DNA from: Amoeboaphelidium protococcarum X5
Taxonomy: Eukaryota; Fungi; Aphelidiomycota
Assembly (NCBI GenBank): GCA_023515725.1
Contig: JALDTO010000136.1
Coordinates: 124,001 to 188,000, forward strand
Direction: 5' to 3'
Length of the DNA stretch: 64,000 nt
In this document: one piece after another, positions 1 through 12,986 of the stretch
Layout: each line of letters starts with the position of its first letter
Numbering within the stretch: the first letter of the stretch is position 1
Position numbers and translations under genes: made by a program
Notes under the pieces: model-generated
Seen by the model: the letters and a program-made list of their open reading frames with translations, nothing else
Database searches by the model: none
What the model was told of the DNA's origin: nothing

Positions 1-2198
1 TGATGAGAGACTTCATACCAGAGAGACTGGCCACAAGTCGGCCACGTTCGCGGTAAATCTTGATCAGGAGCTGACGGAAATCTCGCTGCGTAAACTTGCC
101 CTTATCGCTCTTGGATAGGAGGAAGAGTCGAACAATCTACTAGACTGATTGCTGCTTCTAAATAATCTCCCGTTCCATTGATGATAGATCACTATTGTCC
201 GCAAGAGTATCATGAACATTACCCCACGAAAAGAGCGGCATCAAATCTCTATTCACATCCAGATAATCTTGGTCTTGATCATGACGCAGCTACTGGAAAA
301 ATTTATCAGCCAAATGAGATGCTTTCTCATCATTTGCGGTGAAGTACCATTAACGCTTAGCTTTTCGCTTCTGCTGTCTCTAGTAATGAAAATGATGCAG
401 ATGATGATATTTGGTAGCTCTATGCAGCATTGAAGTGGACTCATGAACACCGCCGAGACCAGCCAATTTCTTGCTTGTATGAAAATCAATTTTATCGTTA
501 GAATCGTGTAATTTCCGAATGAGATCAAGCAGCTCCATATCATCATTACGCAAACCTTCAGCCTCGACTTCCTCGCGAACAAAGTCATCAGTCAAAGCCA
601 CGCTATAGAACATATCGAGCAATCGCTTCCATCCGTGGAACGTCAAATCTTGGGTCACCAGCTACTTGGACAGCTCCTGCTGATTAGGTTCATCCACCAG
701 CAAATCTTTAAATGAATACGGAATCACAAGATTACTGACTCGAAATAAGATTTCAGGACTGATCGGCATTCGATACTGCGTGGATGAGCCGTGACTAGAG
801 GTGTTGGAGCCCCCAGTTCTATAAAGTCGGTTGACTTCATCTTGAGCTTGAATTTTGCGTAAATATTTAAGTCGCCGCTTAGCCTCCCTCAGTGTCTCTA
901 CGATGAAATCCATAAATATACTTTCCCTCACACGATCTTAGAATGTGGACTAATTAAACTTATACACCAGCCGCTTAGTACCGACATTCTTCAACGACAG
1001 CGATACAAGCCACAGTGTGATAACACCAAACACGGGATTAATGTAATTAAAGGGAATAGCAGTTTAATCCACGACAGAGGGAGGATACACCAGAGGAAAT
1101 ATCACATTCCAAGATAGAAAACAGAGCAGCATAGTTATTGTGCCGGCCAAGTGAGGCATTACCTCAGCACCCATCGAAAGCGCGTCTCCGTACAAGTAAT
1201 CATCATAAGAGCTTTCAGATATCAAATGGTAGAATAGTACATGAAGAAATAGCTTTGTGACTGGATATATCCAAAGCAAAACGGCGAGAATGGAGAAGCA
1301 AACCAGAGCTTCTAAATTTCCAAATTTGACAGGTTCAGCAAAAGCAAAATGCAATATCAGGCCCGGTAGTAGCACCAATCCTGATAACAGCAGTACTTTC
1401 CAAAAGGCTTTAAATGTACTTGTTGACACGGCAGATCTTACAGACTGAGATACCAAGCAGCCCACGCGTTGGATTAAACCACGACGATTAGAGACGGAGC
1501 GACCAGAATTGTAGGAGTATTCATTATTTTCGCTATCATTCTGTAGTTTACCACTATCTAAATGTATAATTTTCGATTTTAATATAATCGAAGGCGATGG
1601 ATCCTTGCCATAATTTTGACCATTCAAAGGACGGGCTGAGCTGTCAGAGAACACAGGAGAGATGACTTCAACTTGCGCAGTTGACTTGCTGGGTTAAGAT
1701 GATACGACAGTACCGGCAACCGTCACCTGATTACTTGAGACTTCAAACACCTACTAGATTCTACTAAGTCTTCTCAATTCAGTAGGAAAAGCTTTTATAT
1801 ACTCGGCTAAACCACTATTCTGTCGCGATTGCTATGGCTCATCTATAGTGATTTTGATCTCTGTTGTCGTTTGAGAGTTTGAGCTCAATCGCTAGAAACT
1901 TCCCCTCGACTTTGACTCACTTGCATTTTGATAACTACTCACATGGCTAAATTGATTTTACGACATGAAACATTTAAAAGCTTAGTATAACTTACTTTTA
2001 GGACATTCTTTTATTCTTAGAGGGCGTTATCGATTAAGTTGCATCAACGTCAAAGTTATCATGAACTTCATCATGAACAATTTCCATATCTGACAAGGAT
2101 GGTTACAACTTTTTACCAGTCATCGGGTTGTTATTCGATGTTTTGGCATCATTCAGAGCTTACGAAGAATCCGTAACTGTATCATGATTCTCTTCCAT
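1..2198 (-). CDS. MscS-like mechanosensitive channel (Msy1/Msy2/MSL type), 3' end runs off the window
   Basis: With TAR=Gln, ORFs 1064-1654, 662-931 and 380-658 join into one frame. Several TM segments, plus FNQSTFQDRVRESIF and KIYRERGRLVASLSGMKSLI, typical of eukaryotic MscS-like channels. Upstream exon from ATG 2198 via a putative intron 1947-1995; an alternative in-frame ATG lies at 1966. Confidence 0.8.
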
Positions 2199-2481
2199 AT
2201 TTATTTAAGTAATACGTATTATCAATCTCAATTGTTGAAAATATTCACTTGTGTCGGTTATTGTAAAGCTAAAGAGAGTGATCAAACAATGGCGGATCTC
2301 ATCGTTTCACTTTCTGATGGGAAACATTTCTCGCACGCTGATCAATACAGCGTTGTTCATTCAAAAGAACTAGGCACGAATCTGCATCGTCGGACAAAAT
2401 ATAACTAAAACAAACAGCAATCAGCACCAAAAGGTAATAAAGGCAATTTCTCATAAACTAATGAGCAGTCTAACAATTTAT

Positions 2482-3314
2482 TCAGTCGGCCTCAATGGAG
2501 GCAATGTGAGAACCTTGGCGAACAATCTCGTCTACTTGATCCGCAGTGTATTCAAACTGAAGCAATCTGATCTGGTATAGTGCAAATTCACATTTTTACA
2601 GGGATGCGCGCATGGTGGACATTTTTTTTTGCATCTCATCCACATTGTACACTTCAAGCATTGTAAAGTCCACAGTCAGTTACCGCAGAACTTGAACATA
2701 TCGCTCAGCTTTCTCAAACTGTCCATTAGATATTGCGCCGATACAGAACCGCATTAGTTCTCCTGTGAAATCAGCGACACCAAGAAGGTAATCAGAGGGC
2801 GGCAAAGGGATAGAGTCCACAAGGGACGTGTCATTAAATCCATAGAACTGACTCTCTTTCAATTACTCGTAGCTAATAACTTCATCATGCCTTAGAAAAT
2901 GATGAAATACACAGGCCTCGACATATTCCTACAGTCCTTATCTCCAATTGTAGTAGAAAAAGTAGATATCCTGTTGATCACGTATTTTTATACGTTTAGA
3001 ATCTCCACCAAGTTTAGATGTACCGACAATGGCATCACATAATTAACGCGATATCAAATTCTCTTTGATATGCTTGAAATTCTGATCCGCCTCTTGCAGA
3101 ATGACAGATGGTTCAGAGCTGGATGATAGTCTTTACAGTAAGAATATCAGATTCTTGCTCTAAATCGTAAGTTCCCTTGAGCATTTCACAACGCGTTCCC
3201 TCTAAGCAGTCTACACTAGAAACTCACTCATTCCATGATAGAGTTATAAGATAGACGTGTTAAATGAAAAGAAGTTACTCGTTCATTTAGGTAATCTCCA
3301 ATTTAATGAATCAT
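2482..3314 (-). CDS. TSNAX: Translin-associated factor X (TRAX)-like, translin family
   Basis: RERVVKCSRELTIQSKNLIFLLQR, DYLLGVADFTGELMRFCI, KKMSTMRASLQKCE. Intron 3211-3278; TGA at 2482-2484. Confidence 0.85.
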
Positions 3315-3420
3315 ATCAATTTTTATATAATATTCTGATCAATTTACCACAATAACACACTAGTTGATATCGTATAAGCTGCAGCAACTTCCACGCGCTA
3401 AAGTGAATACGCAGCTCGCG

Positions 3421-3474
3421 TCTAAGCCCCTTTGTCTTACACATAAGGGACTAAAAGTCAAAGATTACATAAGT
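3421..3474 (+). promoter_or_regulatory. Conserved upstream block of catalase-like copy 1 with bZIP-type TTACATAA site
   Basis: tctaagcccc...tcttac...tcaaagattacataagt is shared with 5240-5291 upstream of the paralog; the flanking intergenic DNA looks unalignable by eye. Confidence 0.5.
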
Positions 3475-3558
3475 GGCCGCCTCACAGCTGACTATTTATT
3501 GACACAACATAGCATTCAGCCTTCTCTCATACTTTCAAGCGTGTAGAAATTGTGAAAG

Positions 3559-4533
3559 ATGAAGTCTATTTTAATTCTTGCATTTATTGCTATTGGTGTT
3601 ATTGCAATCACTGTGCCTCAGTTTCCATTGATCTTCACTAGAAACAGTGCTAAAGAGAAGCAGGATCAGCTATGGGAAAGAATTATCGCTAATAAAAACT
3701 CTGCTGAATTTTATGGCCCTTTGAAGTTGCTGACTATATTTTTGGAGAGAATGGGAGTGTCCTTTGATCATGAGAAGGATACTATGCCATCATTTCGCGA
3801 CAAGCTGATTCACTCCCAGGGTGTAGTTGCCAAGATCAGATGGGAGCCTGTCGCGTCTCAGTACAATTATACTGGACTGTTTTCTACTGGTGCTCAGTAT
3901 GGTTTTATCCGTTTCTCATCTGCCACGAAACCAATATTATTGGCCAGTGTGCCTGGTGCTGCCGTGAAGCTCTTCCGCGACAACATTAAATCTGCCAACT
4001 TCATGGCGATGTTCAGTCTGGATGGTCAGGCGAGCCTGAACTTTTTCAAGAACAATTTCACCACTCATGTAGCTATTCCAAAAAATCCTGCATTGAAGCT
4101 GTTGGCGCTTAAATTCAAATAAGGCTCTGAATAAGCTAGATGTCTGGGACTTAGTGATCTTGCCACATTTGATGAGAGCGGTGAGAGAGAAGAGAAGCCT
4201 TAGTTTCCGTTTGAGATCAGTCTGGTTCCATCTAAGAATGTCGCCGAGGTCGCAGAACGCGTCGAATTGGATCTGAACCAGGATAACTGGAAGAATTAGT
4301 TCAACTCGCAGGTCAATGATCAGCTGTCCCCAAATGTAGTTTTGTATCGTGTCTATGCGCGTGATTCTCCTAGAGAGGAGTTCAATACTCACATTGCAAA
4401 CATTGTCCTGACTTCAAGATTGACCACATCTGAATTCGGCGATAGAAAGCTTTTCTTCCAACATTAGCGCTTTGAGGATGATATCGCTTACCGCGGCGAT
4501 TATTGGGGTGAATCTGGTTGCAGTTAAATCTGA
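3559..4533 (+). CDS. Secreted catalase-like heme-fold protein, copy 1 (324 aa)
   Basis: Signal peptide MKSILILAFIAIGVIA. Catalase-superfamily motifs KLIHSQGVVAKIRW, GFIRFSSA, PGAAVKLFRD, SANFMAM; C-terminal LFFQHQRFEDD. Frame is open to TGA 4531-4533. Confidence 0.8.
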
Positions 4534-5239
4534 AAAGACATCGTGAGGTGATCTTTGAAATTGCAATGAACATAATAAATAGGAATGCCAATATTGAATG
4601 ATATCATGCATTTTTCAGTTGAATATTGTTGGACGAGTGTAACAAGAAGGGAATAAGAAAAAACGGGCGTGAACAGGCGAATTCAATAAAGGGGCCAAAG
4701 AATAGTCCCATCTCGAAGGAATTAACAAAATGTACCTTTTAAGATTATGCAACAAACTTCTAGTTTTTGCAATGAGTTTACCACATTGTGATTACTTGAT
4801 ATTGATTTGAAGGCTCTACAGCAGCAAGATAATCTTTTTAGATTTAACCCAATTTCTTGCCTCTTTTGAAACGCATGTTCAACTATACGCGTGATTTGCT
4901 TCACTGTTCGTTCTCATTCATTTAGTGTATTATCTGTCCATTGGCTAATCGTCTATCGCCGGTATAGCCATATAAAAGTCTATATTTTAGTAGAGAAAAG
5001 ATACAAGTGAAAGCTCTGACCACTTATCTATCTCGACTGATTTTGACGAAAGTGATAAAGGACGATCATTCATTACACGGATTTGCGAACCTACCGAACA
5101 TAATGATTAAACTTCTCCACCTGCATATACTCTTGTCATTGCCCATTATTATCGATTATAACAACAAACAATATTATTTATGGTAAAAATCTTTACAACT
5201 GGTATAATTTTCTCACGCAATGTGAAAATGTCGCACATT

Positions 5240-5322
5240 TCTAAGCCCCTAATCTTACGTAAAAGGCCCTAATATCAAAGATTACATAAGTTTCGCGTAT
5301 CTTGCTATAAGAATTACATAAG
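5240..5322 (+). promoter_or_regulatory. Conserved upstream block of catalase-like copy 2 with TTACGTAA and 2x TTACATAA
   Basis: TTACGTAA 5255-5262, TTACATAA 5282-5289 and 5314-5321; homologous to 3421-3474. Confidence 0.5.
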
Positions 5323-5395
5323 CTGGCTGATTAAAAATCGATCGGAAGCTATCGTTCTTTTTATGATAATTAAAAGCTAACAGCTGTTGTGAATT

Positions 5396-6370
5396 ATGAA
5401 GTCGATCTTGGTTCTCGCATTCATTGTCATCGGTGCCATCGCGATAACTGTGCCTCAGTTTCCATTGATTTTCAAAAGCGGTGGTGCTAAAGAGAAGTAG
5501 GATCAGCTATGGGAGAGAATCATTGCAAACAGAAACTCTGCTGAATTTTTTGGGCCTCTGAAGCTGCTGACGCTGTTCTTTGAGAGAATGGGCGTATCGT
5601 TTGATCATGAGAAGGATACACTGCCATTTTATCGCGACAAATTGATTCATACGCAGGGCGTAGTTGCAAAGATCAGATGGGAGCCTGTCGCGTCCTAGTA
5701 TAACTATACTGGACTGTTTTCTACTGGTGCTCAGTATGGTTTTATCCGTTTCTCATCTGGTACAAAGCCGACACAATCATCCATTTTGCCTGCTGCTGCC
5801 GTGAAGCTGTTTCGCGACAACATTAAATCGGCCAACTTTATGGCGATGTTTACTTTGGACGGTCAGGAGAGTTTGAACTTCTTCAAAAACAATTTTACCA
5901 GTCATGTACCTATTCCAAAAAGTGCTGCTCTGAAGCTGCTGGTCGCTAAATTTAAGCAAGGCTCTGAATAAGCTAGATGCTTAGGCTTGAGTGATCTTGC
6001 CACCTTTGATCACAGAGGTGAGAGAGTAGATGAGCCTATGTTTCCGTTTGAAGTCAGTCTGGTCCCGTCCAAGAAAGTTGTTAAAGTGGCAGAACGCGTC
6101 GAATCGGCTCTTAATGAAGAAAATTGGAAGGATTAGTTTACCTCGCAGTCCAATGACTAGATGTCTCCAAACGGTGTTCTGTACCACGTTTATGCGCGCG
6201 ATTCTCCTAAAGAGGAATTCAACACTCATATTGCCAACATTGTCCTGACTTCATACTTCACCACATCTGAATTTGGTGATAAAAAGCTATTCTTTCAACA
6301 TTAGCGCTTTGAGGAGGATATTGATTTGCGTGGCAATTACTGGGGTGATTCTGGCTGCAGTCAGACGTGA
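5396..6370 (+). CDS. Secreted catalase-like heme-fold protein, copy 2 (324 aa)
   Basis: Colinear paralog of 3559-4533 with the same length. CAR and TAR codons are exchanged at aligned positions. TGA 6368-6370. Confidence 0.8.
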
Positions 6371-6503
6371 AATAATATTGTAACAACTGCCTTGAAATAA
6401 TGAAATCAGTATAATTAGGAATGCGATTCAGTATAATGATATTATACATTTTTCTACTAATTTATTTTATACACAAATCATTCAATTGAATCAACAAGCA
6501 TAA

Positions 6504-7214
6504 TCACTCAAGCCGATGCAGAGGACAGAACTATTTACGGATCCACCACTGAGAGAGACAATGTCGATGATAAATGCATCCGCAATCTAGCAATGAAACC
6601 ATACAGTTAGGTTCATAATCCTCGAAGCATATCTTGCACTCTTTACCAACTTAAATTTCAGGCACAATCACCAAGTCATACCGGCCCCCAACTTTATAGT
6701 TGGGATCATTCACAGCAGTAATGGCTTCACGTAGATCTACAGATAAATGGGCACCGCCTGTTGAGTCCAAAAGACATTGATTTATATGACTCTCTCGCTC
6801 TTTGGCACTTTATCCACTAGCAAAAAGGTCTATGCCACAAACAGGACATAAATCTTCATTATCGCCATTCTTATTAGCTTCCAGCTGTTGTTTATAGCTC
6901 AACTTTCGAACTTTACTACCCGACTGCGACGGTCTTGCACTACTATTTTATTGAGACGCATTTACGATCAAACTTTGAGATTATTATTATTATGAGGAAG
7001 CAGAAGACTACTTATTCTATTTAAAAAATTGATTTAAACTTCGTTATCGTTTAACACCAGTCATCTTGTGATGGTCCAATGAAGATGAATTCGAAATCTC
7101 TTAATGTACAGATGGGGAGGAGGAGGACAAGGCTCGTTTACTTCTGGTGGAGCGCGCCGGTGGTGAGTCAAGATCTATCACAGGTATCATGTCATTATTC
7201 CTTTTCTGCGGCAT
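6504..7214 (-). CDS. RING-H2 E3 ubiquitin ligase with UBZ-like zinc finger (ZNRF/Pib1-like C-terminus)
   Basis: Absent from the ORF track. CPVCGIDL...ESHINQCL, then ECKICFEDY...LDCGCIYHRHCLSQWWIRKQFCPLH; 237 codons. Confidence 0.8.
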
Positions 7215-7396
7215 CACGTATAATATATCTAGATTGTGTGTTCTTTAAATTGACCACCAATTATAAGATTGATTGAATTAAACTGTCGAGTGACCTGAGA
7301 TGAAAAATCAGAAAAACGCGTCACATCAACAAAGTCAAACATAAACGAAGATTTAAAAGAACAAAATTAAATTTAAATTGATGATTTAGAAGTTGA

Positions 7397-8443
7397 TCAT
7401 TCCTGGTCATCTTCACTGTCGTCAGAATCATACTCATCTGAGTCTTCATCACCACTAATCTCCTGATTCTCAGCGTCAAGACGTTCCATGAGAGCGGCAA
7501 GCTCCATGTCCTCATTCTCACTTACAACGCGCGGCTTCATCTTCACGACGCACTTTCCCTTGAACTTGTTCGTGATCGTCGAGTCAATTTCAGCGATCGC
7601 GCGTTCCAACAGACTGATTCCATGCACTTTGTCCATGGTGTTGCAGAAAAGAACGAACAATGGAGGAGCAACCAGCTTGATCTTGATATCAACCTTCTCC
7701 CTTTGCTCAGTGTTCTCGCTCCCTGCTTCTTGACTGATGTTCTGACCAGCCTTCAGTGCTTCTTTAATGCCAACGACACCATCGTAACTGAAGCATGTAA
7801 CTTCGATATCAGCACGAATCTTCACAACTTGAGGCGCCATTTTCTTTTGTATAGCACTCATAATCTCCTTCTTTAACAAGACATCCTCGGAAATATTCAG
7901 ATCAAAGATACCTTCGAAAACAGCCTCTTGATCATGCATCGCCAGTTTAAACGCATCATAAGCATGGCCATACTTCTTGTACAATGGCCACCCAACTTTA
8001 GTGTAGATATCTTCCAAATTCAAATGATTCTTCTCTGCAATATAGCGAAGGGTACTATGAACGGCGCGACTCTTCTAGTACTTCTCCTCACACTTCAACA
8101 CTTCCTCTGGACTGACACGTCGTTTACTCAGATCAATGTAGCCCTTCTCTTTGTCGACACGCATCACCACCACCACTTCGTTCCTACCGACTCTAATCAG
8201 CTTCTGCACGGATCTGATACGTCTTCTGGACAGTTCGGATAACAATATCATACCCTCAATATTATTGTACTCTAAAAGATTGACATACGCGCCCATCTCT
8301 GCAATCTATTTCACCTAAACCATAACCAGATCATCAACCTCTGGAAATTTCTACTCATACATTCTGCATTACAGCTTTGCAGAAAATGCAGCAGCCGGAG
8401 CGGCGGCAGTCTATTATACTGATTATGCAGCGCTCTCTGCCAT
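7397..8443 (-). CDS. SUI2: Translation initiation factor eIF2 alpha
   Basis: [53 protein letters not shown]; intronless, 349 codons. Confidence 0.97.
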
Positions 8444-9146
8444 CTTAGATTTATTTAGGTATTAGGTATTAAATGTCCTTAACTGATGGGGATCAAGACT
8501 TAAAATTGAATGAAAAGAAAATGAAAAATTTGTTCAAGAGAAAGAGCCTCCTCATATAGGGCGAGAATAGACTGCGTTCTAAGTTCTTCTTCAGGAACTT
8601 TTACCTAAATTAATCTATCAGCTTAAAGTCGATTTAGTAAAATACATAGAGAAACATTCAAGTCAAGGCCAAGTTTACTAAATCATAAAAATCCAAAATC
8701 ATAAAAGCCATATCGATACTGCGCCATTGGTGATTGAGAATGCCCTTATGATAGCCATACTGTACATTTTCTCACGACAACTAGAATCGATCGAAAAAAG
8801 CGATCGGACGCGTAATCGGCAAGAGCAACAACAACAACAACAACGGGGTGGTGAGAGAGCGAGAGACGACGACGTTTTGTCAAACAATCCACACCCACAC
8901 TTTCTCGGGACAACTCGCACGCCCGCTCTCTCTCTCTCTCTTCTATTTCTGTTTCGTGTGTGTGACCCGTCTGCTTCCCATTGTGTACCAGCATTGTCAT
9001 TCATTATTATAATCTGATAGGCTGTAGTAAAGCGCATTACTGGATACCAATTGGCCTCCACGCATACTATATATAATTGTGTATATATAACTGAAATCTG
9101 ATAGTGAGCATATCCGGGTACAAAGATTAGTGGGACGAGCGACAAG

Positions 9147-12060
9147 ATGTTGAGTACATATCTGAGTAATGAGTAGTAGAACGACGAAAGTGCCCTCTCA
9201 TAGATATCTTAGTAGTAGTAGTAATTGCATCAGCAATCAGTGGCGAAAAGCAATAGAGATCATAAATCCACTTAGAGGAGATAAATTCCTGTTCATCTGC
9301 TGACATCCTATGAACAATCGGAAATTCTATCCTACTACCCGAATGTAATGTGATTTTTGATTATCATTTATAGCTAATCTTATTAATGGTCCATTCAATT
9401 AATATGTGTAGATATATTATGTGGGAGAGAATCTACCTAATGCTCCATATTCTAAATTAGCCTAAAAGACCAGCTCTGATCTGATGCGAACCTCACTTGG
9501 AACAAACAGTGCTAGAAGTAGCAATCAAGGTGGAGGTAGTTCTTCATAATAGTAGTAGCAGGTTTATAATGGTGGATTTGATGATGAACGTGGCGATTAT
9601 ATTCTAAATCCTTATGATCACATTGCATATAGATACGAAGTCTTGTCCATCTTAGGCAAGGGCTCTTTCGGCTAGGTGGCCAAGTGTATTGATCATGCGG
9701 ACCCTAATAAGAAGGAGATTGCTTTAAAGATTATTCGAAATAAGAAGCGATTCCATCACTAGGCATTGGTAGAGGTTAAGATCTTATAAAAGCTGAAGGA
9801 TCAGCTCTATATGGAAAGTGATCCGGCTCCTGTGGTGGAGATGCTGTCTAATTTCTACTTTCGCAATCATCTCTGCATCACATTTGACTTGCTGGACATT
9901 AACTTGTATGAATTCATCAAACTTCATAAGTTCAAAGGTCACTCCTTGAGACTGATACGCCACTTTGGCCGCCAGATTTTGGCTAGTATGCGAATGCTTG
10001 AGCACTTGAACATTGTCCATTGTGATCTGAAGCCTGAGAACATTTTGCTTTGTGATGGGCAGATTGGAGTCGATTCTGATGACCGTCAGTTGGAGTCTTT
10101 TGAGGATGGAGAGATTAAAGGTGGAAAGTTGCAGGTTATTGATTTTGGTTCTTCGTGTCAGGTGAATGAAAAGATTTACACTTACATTCAATCTAGATTT
10201 TATCGTAGTCCGGAAGTTATACTTGGTATTGAGTATGGTATCGCTATTGATATGTGGTCTTTTGGGTGCATCCTAGCGGAGCTTTATACTGGTTATCCGT
10301 TGTTTGCAGGTGAAAATGAAGCTGAATAGTTGGCTTGTATGATGGAGGTGCTTGGTTTTCCGCCAAAAGAGTTATTAGGAGTTTCTTCAAGCTAGCTCCC
10401 TGGGTTGAACTGCACCAGGCGTAAAGTATTCTTCCACAGTGATTTATCACCTAAACTTGCACCCAATTCTAAAGGTAAAGTCAGGAAGCCATGCAGTTTG
10501 ACTCTTGAGAATGCAGTCAAGTATACGCCTGGCCGAGTTGCTAACGTCACTACACGTACTACGGCTGAAGGTAAAGATGAGCTGTTTACTAACTTCTCTA
10601 GTAAGCGGGCAGCTGAAGATAAACAAGAGTATGTACTGTTTATAGATTTCTTGCGCAAATGTCTGGAATGGGATCCTCGCAAGCGTTGGACTGCCCAGTA
10701 GGCATCCTAGCATCCTTGGATTACGACCGAGTGGGGAAGATCTGCAACAGTCGTTTAAAAGCCGCAGGTTGGTGGTATGTTGGGTGGAATAGGCTCGTTT
10801 AAGAATGTGATTTCCAACATTGTGCCGTTTGGATCCTCTCATTCTGCCTAGGTCAGTGAGTCTAGTTTGCGTACGATGGCCGGTAGTTTTGAATCTGCTC
10901 CTGATCAACAAGTTGGGCATGTCACGTTGAAAAATGCTGCCACTCTGGATTCATCTTCTCCGCTCGCATTCAGCTGTAAGGCACAGCCACCTAAGCCTGT
11001 TAATGTGGCAAAAGCACGTCTGAACGCCTCAAGTAGAAGCGGTCGATTTAGCGGTGGTGTTTAGGCATAGAGTGTTAGTGAGCCTGTACCTAACTCTGGT
11101 TCCTATTAGGCTTCGTTTGAAAGATTGGCTAGCCGCGGAAGTGCTTCAACATCTGAGAGTTTCTATGACTATGCATACCATTAGCCTCATCCGACCCCAT
11201 ACTCACAGTACTCGTCGTCTATACCAAAAGCTTCTGGTTCCCAACAGTCACTTAACTCTTTGGCTGGCTAATAGGCTAGAAAAGAAACTGGCTCACTTCA
11301 GAACTAGATGCGAATTGATTTAAGTCATTAGAGTGGTTCTGATTAACACCACTTGAGAAGTAGTAACACTGAGTCGTCTGGATCCACTGTTGTTGCCTCG
11401 AACGATTACTTTTAAGGCAGTCGCCGTGATTCTGATGCGTCGTACTTTAGCAATCCATATCATGGTAGTTAGAGTGCTGCTGGAACTCCTTTTACAGCAA
11501 AGTTTGCCAAGATGTCCACTGACTCCTCATCGGATAGATTTAACCCACATAACTAAACTAGTTAGAATTGTACTCCGTTGTCATCCAACACTGCTGTGAA
11601 TTTGGGTGCTGTTTGGAATCCCAATGTTCATTATCGCCCTTATTAGGCTCACACACCATCTAATTTGAATCCAATGTCGTCCTACTTTCCAAGTGGAAGT
11701 TCATCTGGTAGTGGTGGTGGTTATGCTGTTGGAGGAATGGTGGCAAGCGGAGGTAACGGTGGGTAAAGTAATGGGAAAAATTCTTCGCCCTCAGCTGCGT
11801 GCATGAGAAGGAAACCGGTTCCTTATGGCGGCCCTTTCGCGTAGCAGTAACAACAACGGCCTGTCTACACGGGCAAGAACAAAGCCAATTCTAACTGGAA
11901 AGATGAAGAATATGGTCCTGTGGAATCATCAAATGTGTCATCAACTGGATCTAATTCATTTTTGAAGGAGTCATTTGGAAAATTGTTTGGACTGAAAAAG
12001 GAGAAGGTGTAAGATCGCGACGAATCAGTGGGCGTTTCGAAGAATAACGTTCACTTTTGA
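9147..12060 (+). CDS. Class 2 DYRK kinase (DYRK2/Pom1-like) with long low-complexity C-tail
   Basis: DH box [19 protein letters not shown] (Q=TAG), [21 protein letters not shown]. Intron 9345-9411; TGA 12058-12060. Confidence 0.92.
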
Positions 12061-12403
12061 GCTGTTAATTTTAAGGCTGTTAAATTTGAAATAGTCGTTT
12101 ATGAGTGAAAGATTGTGGTATAAATTATGATGTTTTGTCTAAATTTTATATAATGTTTATCTCCGATCGCATGTTGTCAATGGATGTCCACAAGGAGATG
12201 ATTAATAAAGGGGAACGGGCGGGGATGATTGCGAAACCGTTTCAACTTGATGAATCTTCTAAGTAACGAATCATTGGTCAGAATTCACACAAAAGGTAAC
12301 CAAATATCATGCCATCTTTCTTTTCTTTTCTCATCGGACTATATCTCTCTTATAGAATCTCAATTTATAATCAAAGTTACTATCGCTTGATATTCTATTT
12401 AAA

Positions 12404-12986
12404 ATGGCAAGATAGCAAATTCATTCTACTGATCTCGGAACGATCTTGTTTGGCGTCGCTTTGTTTTTGGCCGGCTGGGTTCTGCTGGTCGTTGGTAGTG
12501 CAGCTAAGGACTTTGGTGGAAGAAACGGTTTTATCCTCTTCCTTGATGCTGCCATCATTTTGGTTCTGCTTGCAACCTTTTTCACTGGTAAGATTTGGCT
12601 AATCGTTTGATATCATCATGTACTTATTATCCCCCTTGTATTGTGTAGGTTACTTTCATCGCGTCAGAATTGCTCTGGTTGGATTACTGGTCATCGTTAC
12701 GTATTATGATTTGGAAACTTATCCAGGCTTTAACCAGTATGGTGACAACTATGACAAAGTTATGTATGCTGGTGGAATCATCAAGTTGATTGCTGATTTC
12801 TGGCTGATCATTTTTGTTGGAACCATCTGGGCTGCTGATCCTTATGGTTACGGTAATTCTACCAGAGTTGGTAACAATAAGACACTGGGCGGACCTGGTA
12901 CTCACACCCAGAACTTGGGAAGTGGTGCTGGAAACTTGGCAGGCAACAGAAACTTGAGCAGTGACACGTACGGAACACAGGTATGA
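12404..12986 (+). CDS. Four-TM membrane protein resembling the Sho1 TM domain, no SH3, copy A
   Basis: ATG 12404, intron 12588-12648. Four hydrophobic segments, the last being YAGGIIKLIADFWLIIFVGT; ends GTQV. Confidence 0.65.

Noticed and set aside
2289-2464. Small + strand ORF MADLIVSLSDGK...
   Set aside because: No recognisable motif; ORFs of ~60 aa arise easily when only TGA stops; it overlaps the MscS promoter and TRAX 3' region.
4683-4904. Minus-strand frame between the catalase-like genes with FLRDGTIL (CH-domain-like)
   Set aside because: No ATG and only a single short motif; likely chance.
8699-9145. ORFs over CAA/CT repeats (also 39480-39780, 47000-47400, 55317-55661)
   Set aside because: Low-complexity promoter/5' UTR sequence upstream of DYRK, CYRI, the Zn2Cys6 gene and INO80.
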